A model generated the notes under the pieces. The model was given only the letters and a program-made list of their open reading frames with translations. It did not search any database and was not told the origin of the DNA. A program made the position numbers and the translations under genes. Shown here piece after piece: positions 1-11,077 of a stretch of 64,000 nucleotides of DNA. The number at the start of each line of letters is the position of its first letter. Positions within the stretch are counted from its first letter, which is position 1. This DNA is from Candidatus Woesearchaeota archaeon. Lineage in GTDB: Archaea; Nanobdellota; Nanobdellia; Woesearchaeales; JABGUJ01. The stretch spans positions 193,534 through 257,533 of the forward strand of contig JABGUJ010000001.1 in NCBI GenBank assembly GCA_018646625.1, read 5' to 3'.

Positions 1-1788
1 GATATTAAGTTTGTAGTTGTTTCAACAACTCCTGCAAAATGCCCTACAATCATAACAGACGCTACTGAAGTTGAATTTAATCCTCAAGCTGCAGCATTAG
101 AGGAAGAAGAAAAAGTTCCTGAAGTTTCATACGAAGACGTCGGCGGATTAAAAGAAGAAATCAAGAAAGTTAGAGAAATGGTAGAACTACCATTAAAACA
201 TCCTGAAATCTTCGAACATCTCGGAATAGAACCACCAAAAGGTGTATTGTTACACGGCCCTCCGGGTACTGGTAAAACATTGCTTGCAAAAGCTGTTGCC
301 AGCGAAACCAATTCAAACTTTTTCGTAATTAATGGTCCAGAAATAATGAGTAAATATTATGGACAATCAGAAGAGAACTTAAGGAAAAAATTCGAAGAAG
401 CAGAAAAAGAATCACCATCAATCATATTTATTGATGAAATTGACGCCATCGCACCTAAGCGAGAGGAAAGTAAAGGTGAAGTAGAACGAAGAGTTGTTGC
501 TCAACTTCTCTCACTAATGGATGGTTTAGTATCCAGAGGAAAAGTTGTTGTGATTGCTGCAACTAACATCCCTAACGCTATCGATCCAGCGCTAAGAAGA
601 CCTGGAAGATTTGATAGAGAAATTGTAATTGGCGTTCCTAACAGAGACGGTAGAGTTAACATTCTGAAAATCCATACTAGAAACATGCCATTATCAAAAG
701 ATGTAGATCTTGAAGCGATCGCAGACATCACTCATGGTTTTGTTGGTGCAGATTTAGAATCAGTTGCTAAGGAAGCCGCAATGATTGTATTAAGAAAAAT
801 ATTTCCAGACTTAAAACTTAATGAAGAAGAAGCAATTTCAGAAGAAACGCTAAAGAAACTTCAAATAACTCAAGCAGATCTCTTTGACGCTTTGAAAACA
901 GTTAAACCATCCGCACTAAGAGAAGTTCTAATAGAAATTCCAAACGTTTCATGGAGTGATGTTGGCGGACTAGATGATGTTAAACAAGAACTTCAAGAAG
1001 CTGTTGATTGGCCATTAAAAAATCCTGAAGCATTCAAACGTTTAGGAATTGCTCCGCCGAAAGGAGTTCTACTGTACGGCGCACCAGGAACTGGTAAAAC
1101 TATGCTTGCAAAAGCTGTCGCACATGAATCTAAAGCAAACTTCATACTTGTAAAAGGCCCAGAACTATTGTCAAAATGGGTAGGAGAATCAGAAGCAGGA
1201 GTGCGAAAAGTTTTTGAAAAAGCAAGACAGACCGCACCGTGTATCATTTTCTTTGATGAAATTGACGCTCTAGCTCCAAGAAGAGGATTATCATCCGACT
1301 CTCATGCAACTGAACGAGTTGTTAATCAACTATTGACAGAAATAGACGGCCTAGAGGAAATGCACGGCGTTGTTATTATTGGTGCAACCAACCGTCCCGA
1401 TATTGTTGATACGGCAATGCTAAGACCTGGAAGATTCGACAGAATCATACTGACTCCTGTTCCAGAAAAAGCAACTCGAAAAAAAGTATTCCAAATACAC
1501 ACTAAGAACATGCCATTAAAAGGCGTATCTCTTGATAGTCTTGCAGAAAAGACAGACGGCTATGTTGGCGCAGACATACAATCGGTATGTAGAGAAGCAG
1601 CAATATTGGCACTAAGAAAAAACATGAAAGCCAAAGAAGTTACGTCAAAGAACTTTACAGACGCATTGAAAAAAGTAAGACCTTCAGCAAATCAAGAAAT
1701 TCAAAAAGAATACGAAGAGCTACAAGATCATTTCACTGCAGCCAAAGCTAGAGAGATGTTAAAATCCAAGCCTAATTATTTCGGATAA
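1..1788 (+). CDS. cdc48: Cdc48/VAT-family double AAA+ ATPase (5' end lies outside the window)
   Basis: Frame is open from base 1 (DIKFVVVST...[19 protein letters not shown]). Two AAA modules: [22 protein letters not shown] and [22 protein letters not shown]. Confidence 0.97.
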   Translation, partial: DIKFVVVSTTPAKCPTIITDATEVEFNPQAAALEEEEKVPEVSYEDVGGLKEEIKKVREMVELPLKHPEIFEHLGIEPPKGVLLHGPPGTGKTLLAKAVASETNSNFFVINGPEIMSKYYGQSEENLRKKFEEAEKESPSIIFIDEIDAIAPKREESKGEVERRVVAQLLSLMDGLVSRGKVVVIAATNIPNAIDPALRRPGRFDREIVIGVPNRDGRVNILKIHTRNMPLSKDVDLEAIADITHGFVGADLESVAKEAAMIVLRKIFPDLKLNEEEAISEETLKKLQITQADLFDALKTVKPSALREVLIEIPNVSWSDVGGLDDVKQELQEAVDWPLKNPEAFKRLGIAPPKGVLLYGAPGTGKTMLAKAVAHESKANFILVKGPELLSKWVGESEAGVRKVFEKARQTAPCIIFFDEIDALAPRRGLSSDSHATERVVNQLLTEIDGLEEMHGVVIIGATNRPDIVDTAMLRPGRFDRIILTPVPEKATRKKVFQIHTKNMPLKGVSLDSLAEKTDGYVGADIQSVCREAAILALRKNMKAKEVTSKNFTDALKKVRPSANQEIQKEYEELQDHFTAAKAREMLKSKPNYFG

Positions 1789-1789
1789 G

Positions 1790-2215
1790 ATGGTTGACAA
1801 ATTATTTGCCGCGACGAAAGCATTCATTGTTCACGACGGCAAGATTCTCCTTCTTAAAGAATCAACCAACTATAAAGATGGCGCCAATGCAGGAAGATAT
1901 GATGTAGTGGGTGGCAGAGTTGAACCAGGACAACGTTTTGATGACAGCCTAATAAGAGAAATAAAAGAAGAAACCGGATTAACTGTGAAAATTGGACGAC
2001 CTTTCTTTGTAAACGAATGGCGACCGGAAGTAAGGAGAGAAAAATGGCAAATCATAGGAACGTTCTTTGAATGTCTCTCAGATAGCAACCAAGTTACTCT
2101 AAGCGAAGACCATGAAGAATATGTCTGGATCTCGCCAGAAGAATACAAAAACTACAATATAATCCCTAATCTAACGAAAGCATTTGAAAACTATATCGAG
2201 TTAAAATCACAATGA
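1790..2215 (+). CDS. NUDIX hydrolase
   Basis: Nudix box GGRVEPGQ...REIKEETGL; SEDHEEYVW motif. Confidence 0.9.
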   Translation: MVDKLFAATKAFIVHDGKILLLKESTNYKDGANAGRYDVVGGRVEPGQRFDDSLIREIKEETGLTVKIGRPFFVNEWRPEVRREKWQIIGTFFECLSDSNQVTLSEDHEEYVWISPEEYKNYNIIPNLTKAFENYIELKSQ

Positions 2216-2901
2216 TCAATTTCATACACACAGCCGGCAGAGCATTAAGAAATCGTAAGAAGTTCTACGGGAAAAAAGAGAACTTTAAAGTTACTCACTG
2301 GTTTGATGATATAAATGACATAACTAAAGTAGAGAAACAATACCAACTCATCCTTCTTGACAGAGATTGCACCTTACAAAAAGATCACGCTTATGAAAGA
2401 GCTTCAAAATTCGAAAAAACACTACAACAAATATCAAAAAAAAGCGAAATAGTATCAAATTCATCATTCAAAGAATTCTTACGCATTGGTTTAGTATACG
2501 GAGATCTATTCCCCGCCAATAAACTAGTAAGATTGAAAGGAGAAAAAAGATTAACTTTGCTAAGAGTACAAAATGACAATTTGGCGGCCTACCACTATGA
2601 TCCTAAAACAAACAAGACCACTCAAGTATTATTAGAAAATCCTAACTTGGAACCACTTATTGCAGAAGAATTCAAGAAACCAGAACCAATCATTCTAAAA
2701 GCAATACTAGCACTACACAAGAACCCAAAAACTCTCGTGGTTGGAGACTACTACCATACGGACATTGTTTGCGGGAACCTGGCAGGCACAGATACCGCTT
2801 ACGTCACACCCTACAAACCATTATCCCAGAACATCCCTCTTATATTGTTCAGATATCTCTTTGACACGCCGCTTGGCAAACTAAAAAGTAAAAACTTATA
2901 A
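2212..2901 (+). CDS. HAD-superfamily (IIIA, YqeG-like) phosphatase, divergent
   Basis: LLDRDCTL (DxD motif I), KKPEP, VVGDYYHTDIVCGNLAG. Confidence 0.7.
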   Translation: MINFIHTAGRALRNRKKFYGKKENFKVTHWFDDINDITKVEKQYQLILLDRDCTLQKDHAYERASKFEKTLQQISKKSEIVSNSSFKEFLRIGLVYGDLFPANKLVRLKGEKRLTLLRVQNDNLAAYHYDPKTNKTTQVLLENPNLEPLIAEEFKKPEPIILKAILALHKNPKTLVVGDYYHTDIVCGNLAGTDTAYVTPYKPLSQNIPLILFRYLFDTPLGKLKSKNL

Positions 2902-2924
2902 ATTACCCATAGAAACAATTCAGA

Positions 2925-3677
2925 ATGATAAAACTACAAAACTTAAACGAATTCTTAACCAAATACATGAGACTTGATGAATGCGATCCAAAAGATGACG
3001 GATTTGTAAACGGATTACAAATTGAAGGTAAAGAAGACATCCAAAGAATTGCGTTTGCTGTTGATGCTTGCGTAGACACCATCCTTAGAGCCAAAGAAGC
3101 TAACTGTGATGCGCTAATTGTCCATCATGGAGTTGGCTACGGTGGAATAAAATCCATAACAGGATTTGAAAAACCAAGAATTAAAGCCGCTCTTATACAT
3201 GACGTATCATTATTCTGCTATCATTTATCATTAGATAAACATCCAGAGATTGGAAACAACATACAACTGTGCAAAATTCTTGGAATTAAACACGCAGTGC
3301 CATTTACTGATGTTGGCTACGCAGGAGAACTAGAATTCCACGAAAGTCTCGAATCTTTTTCACAGAAAGTAAAACAAAAACTAGATACTAATCTAACAGT
3401 CCTACCTTTTGGCCCTAAAGATATCAAAAGAGTGGCGATAATCTCAGGAAAACCAGGCGCTAGCAGAATATCAGAAGCCGCAGAACAAGGTTACGACGTA
3501 ATTCTCGTTGGCGAAGCAGGACATGATACTTATCACGTTGCGAAAGAAAGCAACCTAAACGTCATCGCAGGCGGTCATTATGCTACTGAAACTGTTGGAG
3601 TACAAGCCTTGGCCAACGTCATTAAACAAGAGTTCAACATTGAAGTTGGCTTCATTGACAGTCCAACAGGTTTGTAA
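2925..3677 (+). CDS. Nif3-like dinuclear metal-centre protein (YbgI family)
   Basis: NGLQIEG, LIVHHG, YHLSLDKHPEIGNN, GHYATE. Confidence 0.93.
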   Translation: MIKLQNLNEFLTKYMRLDECDPKDDGFVNGLQIEGKEDIQRIAFAVDACVDTILRAKEANCDALIVHHGVGYGGIKSITGFEKPRIKAALIHDVSLFCYHLSLDKHPEIGNNIQLCKILGIKHAVPFTDVGYAGELEFHESLESFSQKVKQKLDTNLTVLPFGPKDIKRVAIISGKPGASRISEAAEQGYDVILVGEAGHDTYHVAKESNLNVIAGGHYATETVGVQALANVIKQEFNIEVGFIDSPTGL

Positions 3678-3698
3678 AACAAACGAATTCATGTCAGA

Positions 3699-3908
3699 TT
3701 AACGTAATTTCTTAAACCACTTTATTTGTCTATGTTCAAACAACCATCTTTCTCGTCCAGGCTGTGCCTCGGACATCATACAACCGGTTCTTTGCAAAAC
3801 TGTCTGCTCTTTTGCCCATTGATACTTATCATTTGTATAATGTAAATTAACAAGGCACCAGTGAGGATCCATCTCATTCATCTCTTGTTCTGATAAAGTT
3901 AGAGCCAT
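3699..3908 (-). CDS. Small hypothetical protein (69 aa)
   Basis: ATG at 3908 (MALTLSEQ...) sits immediately after the upstream stop, with a GGGGAG SD-like motif; fills the gap between flanking genes. Confidence 0.6.
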   Translation of the reverse strand: MALTLSEQEMNEMDPHWCLVNLHYTNDKYQWAKEQTVLQRTGCMMSEAQPGRERWLFEHRQIKWFKKLR

Positions 3909-3909
3909 C

Positions 3910-4638
3910 TTACAAATTAACTCCCCAAGATAATTCTTCTTGAATACACTTATCACTAACTGAATCGGATTTGGTATACTTCTCTAACCACTTTCCAAAC
4001 TTACCAATAGAAAGACACACAGCAATTATTACTAAAGTTACTGCGAATAAGCCAAAGCTAAAATGTACGCCCCCTTCGAAAACCTTTGCTAAAGGAACCT
4101 CAAATGTTTTTGCGATAAAAGTATTGTAAACATATGATTTTAAGATACCGATGCTACAAAGACTTAATTCTAAACCCATTGCCTCAGGTTCTAAAACAAT
4201 AGTAAGAAGTAAGAAAAGTATCCATCTCAACATTGTAAATATGTAAAAAGTATAAAGAACTGAACCAGTCATTGCATAAAACCAAGGTGTTAAGAATCCA
4301 CAAATCATAATACTTATTCCGTCTTTTATTGTATACAAGTACCATTCATTAGGACCAAAGATTCTTGAGAATAACATAATAAAGATTCCAAACACACCAC
4401 CACAAACTCCACCAACATTAATTGCTAACATAACTACAAAGAAATCAACAACATCAAGATCTTTAGTAAACATAGAAAGCAAACAAGGAACTCTACTCCA
4501 CAAACAGATAATAGCAAACAGCATCATCACTGCCCAAAATCCGCTAAAAGGTAACAAAATCACTACAAAAACCAACATCACAATAGTAGTGATTTTCAAC
4601 GGCTTCCATAAGACAAGTTCATTGATATAGTCTGACAT
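3910..4638 (-). CDS. Polytopic membrane protein, unknown function
   Basis: About 6-7 hydrophobic segments; GAGGTG SD upstream. Confidence 0.75.
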   Translation of the reverse strand: MSDYINELVLWKPLKITTIVMLVFVVILLPFSGFWAVMMLFAIICLWSRVPCLLSMFTKDLDVVDFFVVMLAINVGGVCGGVFGIFIMLFSRIFGPNEWYLYTIKDGISIMICGFLTPWFYAMTGSVLYTFYIFTMLRWILFLLLTIVLEPEAMGLELSLCSIGILKSYVYNTFIAKTFEVPLAKVFEGGVHFSFGLFAVTLVIIAVCLSIGKFGKWLEKYTKSDSVSDKCIQEELSWGVNL

Positions 4639-4755
4639 GTTGCACCTCTTAAGTTATTACCACTTAGTAGATGTAACTAAGTATATCAAAGTTATCTCAG
4701 AAAAGTTGAGATTAACAGGAAAACTATTATAAAGAAGGCCCCAATATAACAAATT

Positions 4756-5739
4756 ATGCTCAAAATAGACACCAAAGATAGAAAACTGCTATATTACCTA
4801 TCACACAACGCAAGAGAGTCCCATACACAATTATCAAAGAAAATCGGCCTTAGCAAAAACTCAGTCAAGTATAGAATAGAAAGACTGAGGAGACTAGGCG
4901 TTATTGAACATTTCGCAACTACAGTAAACCTGGGAGCAATAGATCAAAACACATTCACCATCCTTTTAAAATTCAACGAAGACATTTACGAAAACAAAGC
5001 AATTGTAAAATTCTTTGAACTACACCCCTATAGCGATTGGGTTATAACACTTTCAGGACAATGGGACTTATTCGTAGAAATGATAGCAGACACAATAAAT
5101 GATGTACATGACAGAGTACATGAAATAGTTAGCAACTTCCAACATTCCCTAAACACATACCAAATCTACTTTTCATCAGACGTACTTAGAGTTGAACATC
5201 TCATAGAAGATATATACAAAGGACTAGACCTACCAGAAATCACACGCGCACCGAGAGCAAAACCAGGTCACAAAGTAGACAATACAGATAGAAAGATACT
5301 ATACGAACTAAACAAAGACTCATCAGCATCATACTTACACATATCACAAAAACTAGGACTAACCATAGACATAGTAAGATACAGAATCAAGAACCTAATA
5401 GAAAAAGGAATTATCGTAAAATTCTTCCCAGAAATAAACCTTCAGAAGCTAGGATACTCAAAATACATATACATCATCAAACTAAAAAACACTTCTGCAG
5501 AAAAGATGCAAAAACTAAGAAACAGCATTTCAAATAATCACAAAGTAACCTACGCATTCATAGATTTATTATCATACAATCTTATATTTTCTTGCGCATT
5601 CAAGAATACAGAAGAAATTGATGCACTATCAAGGAGTTTAAGGAAGAACTTTGACGATATCATAAGAAGTCAAGAATACTTAATCGTCAAAGAACAAGTT
5701 TTATTCAATCTATTCCCAAAGGGTTTATTAACTGAATAG
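4756..5739 (+). CDS. Tandem (double) Lrp/AsnC transcriptional regulator
   Basis: Two HTH+RAM units (DTKDRKLLYYLSHNAR...; DNTDRKILYELNKDSS...); GQWDL motif. Confidence 0.9.
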   Translation: MLKIDTKDRKLLYYLSHNARESHTQLSKKIGLSKNSVKYRIERLRRLGVIEHFATTVNLGAIDQNTFTILLKFNEDIYENKAIVKFFELHPYSDWVITLSGQWDLFVEMIADTINDVHDRVHEIVSNFQHSLNTYQIYFSSDVLRVEHLIEDIYKGLDLPEITRAPRAKPGHKVDNTDRKILYELNKDSSASYLHISQKLGLTIDIVRYRIKNLIEKGIIVKFFPEINLQKLGYSKYIYIIKLKNTSAEKMQKLRNSISNNHKVTYAFIDLLSYNLIFSCAFKNTEEIDALSRSLRKNFDDIIRSQEYLIVKEQVLFNLFPKGLLTE

Positions 5740-5776
5740 AGCAATCTTTATAAATAACAAACCAAGTGGTGAAAGT

Positions 5777-7075
5777 ATGGCAAAACCAAAAGAAGGTGAC
5801 ATGGTACGAGTCACAACCGAAGAAGAAACCATTGAAGGTATGCTTCTACCAAGACCAGATATTCTTGAAGATGATGTTACAGTTATCAAATTACATCATG
5901 GCTACAACATCGGAATAGACAATAGCAGAATAAAGAAAGTAGAAGTTCTAGAAGAACGTAAAGAGAAAAAAGAGAAACCAATCAAGATAACTCACAATCC
6001 TAAACTACCAAAAGTTTCAATTCTAAGCACTGGCGGAACAATCGCATCAAGAATTGATTATACAACTGGCGGAGTAAAGAGCACAGGATTTTGTGCAGAA
6101 GATTTTCTAAGAACATATCCAGAACTAGCAAATGTTGCCAACATAGAAGCTAGAAGCATTATGAACATCATGAGTGAAGATATGTATTGGGAACATTGGA
6201 CTACTATGGCCAAAGAGATCAAAAAAGAAGTGGACAAAGGCGCTGACGGAATTGTCATAACACAAGGCACAGACACACTACATTTCACATCCGCCGCACT
6301 ATCATTCATGTTAAAAGATTTAAGCGTTCCAGTAATAATCACAGCAGCACAAAGAAGCATTGATAGAGGCTCAAGTGACGCGTTCATGAACTTAGTTTGT
6401 GCAGTAAAAGCCGCAGGAAGTTTCGAAGGTGCAGAAGTATTCACTTGCCTACACGGAACCAGCTCAGATAATTATTGTATACTTATCAGAGGTCCAAAAG
6501 CAAGAAAAATGCACACATCCCGAAGAGATGCATTTAGACCAATCAATGAATTACCCATCGCTAAAGTTCACAAAGACGGTAACATTGAAATTACCAACAA
6601 CAAATTCAAAAAACGAAGCAAAACAAAAACTCAAGCAGACATTAAACACGAAGAAAAAACTGCTTTAATACAAATCTACCCTGGAATGAACCCAGAAATA
6701 ATAGATTTCTACTTAGATAAAGGATACAAAGGACTCGTACTTGCAGCAACTGCTCTCGGCCATGTCCCCACAGATAATCCCAACCATTCTTTACTCCCAT
6801 ACTTAGAGAAAGCAATGAAAAATAACATTCCAGTAATCATTGCAACTCAAACTCTATATGGGCGAGTTAATCCTTATGTTTATACAAACTTAAGAAAACT
6901 ATCCATACAAAGTAAATGCATATTCGCAGAAGACATGACTCCTGAAACTGCCTACGTCAAACTTGGATGGATTTTAGGTCACACAACAAAAGTTGACGAA
7001 GTAAAAAAGATGATGCAAACAAACGTCGCAGGAGAAATTAACCCAATAATAGACGAAAAATCCTATTTAGTATAA
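5777..7075 (+). CDS. gatD: Glu-tRNA(Gln) amidotransferase subunit D
   Basis: GYNIGI, STGGTIASRIDY, QGTDTL, AQRSIDRGSSD, RKMHTSRRDAF. Confidence 0.97.
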   Translation: MAKPKEGDMVRVTTEEETIEGMLLPRPDILEDDVTVIKLHHGYNIGIDNSRIKKVEVLEERKEKKEKPIKITHNPKLPKVSILSTGGTIASRIDYTTGGVKSTGFCAEDFLRTYPELANVANIEARSIMNIMSEDMYWEHWTTMAKEIKKEVDKGADGIVITQGTDTLHFTSAALSFMLKDLSVPVIITAAQRSIDRGSSDAFMNLVCAVKAAGSFEGAEVFTCLHGTSSDNYCILIRGPKARKMHTSRRDAFRPINELPIAKVHKDGNIEITNNKFKKRSKTKTQADIKHEEKTALIQIYPGMNPEIIDFYLDKGYKGLVLAATALGHVPTDNPNHSLLPYLEKAMKNNIPVIIATQTLYGRVNPYVYTNLRKLSIQSKCIFAEDMTPETAYVKLGWILGHTTKVDEVKKMMQTNVAGEINPIIDEKSYLV

Positions 7076-7084
7076 TTCTTAAAA

Positions 7085-8902
7085 ATGGACTACAAGAAGC
7101 TTGGACTAAAATGCGGTATTGAAATACACCAACAACTAGACACACATAAATTATTCTGTCAGTGTCCATCCTTAATTAGAGAAGACGAACCTGATATTGA
7201 AGTTTCTAGGAATCTTAAAGCAGTTATTGGAGAAACTGGAGAGATTGACCAAGCAGCAGCGCACGAGATGCAAAAGGAAAAAACATACACCTATCAAGCA
7301 TATTCTGATACTACTTGCTTAGTTGAACTTGATGAAGAACCTCCCCATCCAATGAATCAAGACGCAATTAATATTGTTCTTCAGGTTTCTAAGATGCTTA
7401 ACGCAAAAGTTGTAGATGAAATTCAAGTTATGAGAAAGACCGTAGTAGACGGTTCAAACACTTCAGGTTTTCAGAGAACTTCATTAGTATCACAAGACGG
7501 CCTTGTAGAAACAGAATCAGGAACAGTAAGAATTCCAACCATCTGCCTAGAAGAAGACGCAGCTAAGATTATTGAACGAGGTTCTGACAGAGACATTTAC
7601 AATTTATGCAAATTAGGAATTCCTCTTATCGAACTAGCAACAGAACCCGACATGTTCACACCTGAACACGCTCAAGAAGTCGCAGGCCACATAGGTATGA
7701 TTCTTAGAAGCACAAGTAAAGTGAAAAGAGGCATCGGAACAATACGACAAGATGTTAACGTCTCAATCAAAGGCGGAGATCGAATAGAAATCAAAGGCGC
7801 TCAAGATCTAAAACTAATTCCACTTTGGGTTGAAAACGAAGCAAAAAGACAAATCTGTTTATTAGAAATAAAAGAACTAGTAAAAGGAATAAAAATACCG
7901 GAAGAGATACATGACATCACATCACTATTCAAAAAATCCGAATCAAAAGTAATTAAAAGTGCCTTAACCAAAAAAGGCGTCATAAAAGCAATCAAGTTAC
8001 CAAGTTTTGCAACTCTGCTTGGCAAGGAAACAATGCCAGGAAGAAGAGTGGGAAGCGAACTATCAGATTATGGTAAACAAGCAGGAGGCGTCGGAGGATT
8101 ATTTCACTCAGACGAACTACCTAAGTATGGAATCACAGAAGAAGATATCGAGAACATAAGATCTTTACTAAAATGCCACGACAAAGATGCATTTATCATT
8201 ATTGCAGATAAAGAAGATAAAGTCGATAAAGCTCTCAGAGCAGTGATAAAAAGAGCAAAACATTTTGAGATTGGAATCATAAAAGAAGTACGAAAACCAA
8301 ATGACAACGGAACTAGTTCATTCATGCGTCCTATGCCTGGAGCTGCAAGAATGTATCCAGAAACAGACATAATTCCTGTTAAAATCTCTACGTCACACTT
8401 AGACAAGATCAAATTACCAGAACTTCTAACAGAAAGAGCTACAAGAATCGTAGAAAACTACAAACTAGGTCAAGATCTTGCGGATGTTATCACAAAATCA
8501 GGGCTTGCAGACTTATTTGAGGAATTTGTTACTAAATTCAAAAAAGTCAAACCGGCATTTATCGCAGAAACATTAATCGCAACACCAAAAGAAGTAAAAA
8601 AGAAAATAAACAAAGAATTTACCATTACAGATTCACAGTTTAAAGAAATATTTTCAGCACTACACAATTCTAAGATCGCCAAGAGTGCAATCTTCGACAT
8701 TATTACAGATATTGCAAACAACAAATATGATCTTTCTAAATACAGCTTAATGGATGAAAAAGAACTAGAAAAAGAACTAAAGAAATTAATCACAGAAAAC
8801 AAAGATGCAGATGAAAGACGTTTAATGGGCATAGTAATGGGTAAGCTAAAAGGAAAGGCAGACCCAAAGAAAATCATGGAATTCTTAAAGAAGAAAAGCT
8901 AA
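7085..8902 (+). CDS. gatE: Glu-tRNA(Gln) amidotransferase subunit E
   Basis: GIEIHQQL, DGSNTSGFQRT, GTIRQDVNVSI, RPMPGAARMYPETD; follows gatD. Confidence 0.97.
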   Translation: MDYKKLGLKCGIEIHQQLDTHKLFCQCPSLIREDEPDIEVSRNLKAVIGETGEIDQAAAHEMQKEKTYTYQAYSDTTCLVELDEEPPHPMNQDAINIVLQVSKMLNAKVVDEIQVMRKTVVDGSNTSGFQRTSLVSQDGLVETESGTVRIPTICLEEDAAKIIERGSDRDIYNLCKLGIPLIELATEPDMFTPEHAQEVAGHIGMILRSTSKVKRGIGTIRQDVNVSIKGGDRIEIKGAQDLKLIPLWVENEAKRQICLLEIKELVKGIKIPEEIHDITSLFKKSESKVIKSALTKKGVIKAIKLPSFATLLGKETMPGRRVGSELSDYGKQAGGVGGLFHSDELPKYGITEEDIENIRSLLKCHDKDAFIIIADKEDKVDKALRAVIKRAKHFEIGIIKEVRKPNDNGTSSFMRPMPGAARMYPETDIIPVKISTSHLDKIKLPELLTERATRIVENYKLGQDLADVITKSGLADLFEEFVTKFKKVKPAFIAETLIATPKEVKKKINKEFTITDSQFKEIFSALHNSKIAKSAIFDIITDIANNKYDLSKYSLMDEKELEKELKKLITENKDADERRLMGIVMGKLKGKADPKKIMEFLKKKS

Positions 8903-9975
8903 TCACTCAACTTAATCTTTCGACCACCAACGATCTTAGAAATCATTTCATCCAACAAGCCCTCAAAGAAAGCGTTTCCGTCTTGTTTATGCTGTTTAAG
9001 ATTTTCTCTATAAAAATCCAACCCCGATAAAAACTTCTTTATCCCGACATAATCAAAACTTTTAAGATACTTACCATAATTTTGCTTATCTAAATAGTGC
9101 GCATTCATCATTTGTTCAAATTGTTTCTGCGCGGGAATAGACAAGATAGGTTTCCCCAAATATATTGCTTCACCCATCAAAGTAAATCCACCATTCATAA
9201 TAACTGCCTTCGAAGTTCTCAAATCTTCAAGAAAACCATCTTCTGAGAAATCTTTAAACACAATATTATCTATTGACTTGCTTTTTTTCCAACCATATAC
9301 AACAAACTTTTGATCTTTTATAGTTCTGAGAGTATTAACAGCATCTTCAGTTATTGCTGCAGTTTGATAAACTAAAACATGATCTCGCACAATTGGCTTT
9401 AATTTCAAGATCCTTCGTCTAAGAAGTGGTGGAACTAAATAAACATTCTTACCTCGCACAGGAACAAAAAAGAATGAAGGAATTATATGATTTTTCGCCA
9501 TAAAAATAAAAGTACGAGTAACCAACCTATTAATCACATACCACCACAACCCCCGAAAAGGAACATCTATTTTTCCTTTAATTAACATGTTAATGTTATC
9601 AATCGCAATAACAGGCGTATTAAACCACTTTGCAACTAGATCGGAGAAAGGCTCATGATCAGTAATAAGCAACTCAGGCTGAAATGCTCTAAATAACTTT
9701 CTTAATTTCTTAAGACTGCTCCAAGAACCCTTAGGTAATGTCTTAGTATTTCTATACGTAGTCTTCAGATTTTGAACTTTATTCTTTGAATAAGAAATCT
9801 GCGGATAATGAATGTCTTCAACCAAAGGATAACATGAAGACAGAAAATGAAAAGCCCCGCCACTAGCAACAACTTTAATTTCGTGCTTCTGGCTTAGCAA
9901 ATAATCTATTACAACCTTACTTCTAAAGGCATGACCCATTCCTTCGCCGTATACAGCATACAAAATCCTCGCCAT
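8899..9975 (-). CDS. GT-B glycosyltransferase (MJ1255/VC2487-like)
   Basis: ILYAVYGEGMGHAFR, ITDHEP, NGGFTLMGEA, QFEQMMNA. Confidence 0.88.
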   Translation of the reverse strand: MARILYAVYGEGMGHAFRSKVVIDYLLSQKHEIKVVASGGAFHFLSSCYPLVEDIHYPQISYSKNKVQNLKTTYRNTKTLPKGSWSSLKKLRKLFRAFQPELLITDHEPFSDLVAKWFNTPVIAIDNINMLIKGKIDVPFRGLWWYVINRLVTRTFIFMAKNHIIPSFFFVPVRGKNVYLVPPLLRRRILKLKPIVRDHVLVYQTAAITEDAVNTLRTIKDQKFVVYGWKKSKSIDNIVFKDFSEDGFLEDLRTSKAVIMNGGFTLMGEAIYLGKPILSIPAQKQFEQMMNAHYLDKQNYGKYLKSFDYVGIKKFLSGLDFYRENLKQHKQDGNAFFEGLLDEMISKIVGGRKIKLSD

Positions 9976-11064
9976 TCATATCACTAAAAACTTACTTGCC
10001 CAAAGCATACTGTCATCTGTAAAATAGAAAGGAGTATTAAATGGTTTTCCAAAAGAGTTAAAAACCTCTAAAAAATTACCATACTTCTCAATCGTCTTCA
10101 AGTATTTCGATTTATAAATCTTAAAAGAAGGATGTTTGTACTTTTTACATACATCCAAATAGCACAAACCGAGATGCATCCAAACACTATCTCGCTCATA
10201 ATCTCCTGAAAATAATTCTGGAAGTTTAAGGTGCTTAACTTCGGCACCTTTCTGCATATACTTTAATGGAAATGGCATATCTAACTTAAGCTTCTTGATC
10301 TGTTTCGCACAACTCAGAAACATCTTTTTATCATCAAATGCCCCACACCAAAAAGGAAATACATTCGCATCGGAGCTAAACACAGAAGTTTTCTGAATAT
10401 CATCATAGAAGAACTCCCCACTCCATAGCTCATCCATCATATTCTGTCTAATATTATATTTTCTGAATGGATTAAACAACTTCAAAGCACCCAAGTCATC
10501 TTTCAACATAACCAACATAGAATTACCGTAAGTTGATGACCTTCGTTTAGCATAATCTTTTATTGAGGAGAAACTTCTATCAGATCGAATTAGACCTAAT
10601 TTACTATCAAAAATCGTACCATAGTAATATTCAATCTCTCGTTTCAAAAAAGAATTATACTTTTTTATCAGAGTTTTAGCTTTTGCAGTTCTCAAGGACC
10701 TTATTAACAAAGGTAACGAGTCTTCAGCATAATTTGGAAAATCAAAACATTTTCCTTTAGGTGATATAGACGTTGTAACTCTACCATGTTTAGAAAATTT
10801 TTCAAGAGCATAATTCAAAGTTTTCAAAACTTCATCTTGATATCCTAACTTCAATAAAGCCTCAATACAAAACGCAAAATCTCGCATATAAAACTCACAG
10901 AAATGTCCTGCACTGGTTTGAAAATAATCTCCATTCCAACAATTAGTAACTATCTGCTTACAGATCTTATTAGCCTTACCATCATACTTTCTAAATCCAT
11001 GATCATGAACATAAAGAGCTCTTTTAAACATCCGAACTCCTTCCGATATGTGTATTAGTTTCAT
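9976..11064 (-). CDS. Putative (alpha/alpha)6-barrel glycoside hydrolase
   Basis: FYMRDFAF (cf. W/YxRD of six-hairpin glycosidases), YERDSVWMHLG, GNFLEVF; coupled to the glycosyltransferase. Start may be later (MFKRAL). Confidence 0.6.
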   Translation of the reverse strand: MKLIHISEGVRMFKRALYVHDHGFRKYDGKANKICKQIVTNCWNGDYFQTSAGHFCEFYMRDFAFCIEALLKLGYQDEVLKTLNYALEKFSKHGRVTTSISPKGKCFDFPNYAEDSLPLLIRSLRTAKAKTLIKKYNSFLKREIEYYYGTIFDSKLGLIRSDRSFSSIKDYAKRRSSTYGNSMLVMLKDDLGALKLFNPFRKYNIRQNMMDELWSGEFFYDDIQKTSVFSSDANVFPFWCGAFDDKKMFLSCAKQIKKLKLDMPFPLKYMQKGAEVKHLKLPELFSGDYERDSVWMHLGLCYLDVCKKYKHPSFKIYKSKYLKTIEKYGNFLEVFNSFGKPFNTPFYFTDDSMLWASKFLVI

Positions 11065-11077
11065 TCAATCACCAAAA

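Noticed and set aside
84..1511. Several 60-85 aa minus-strand ORFs within cdc48 (and similar ones inside gatDE, glm, MVA and hyd genes)
   Set aside because: Antisense shadow ORFs of well-supported genes; no motifs or start signals
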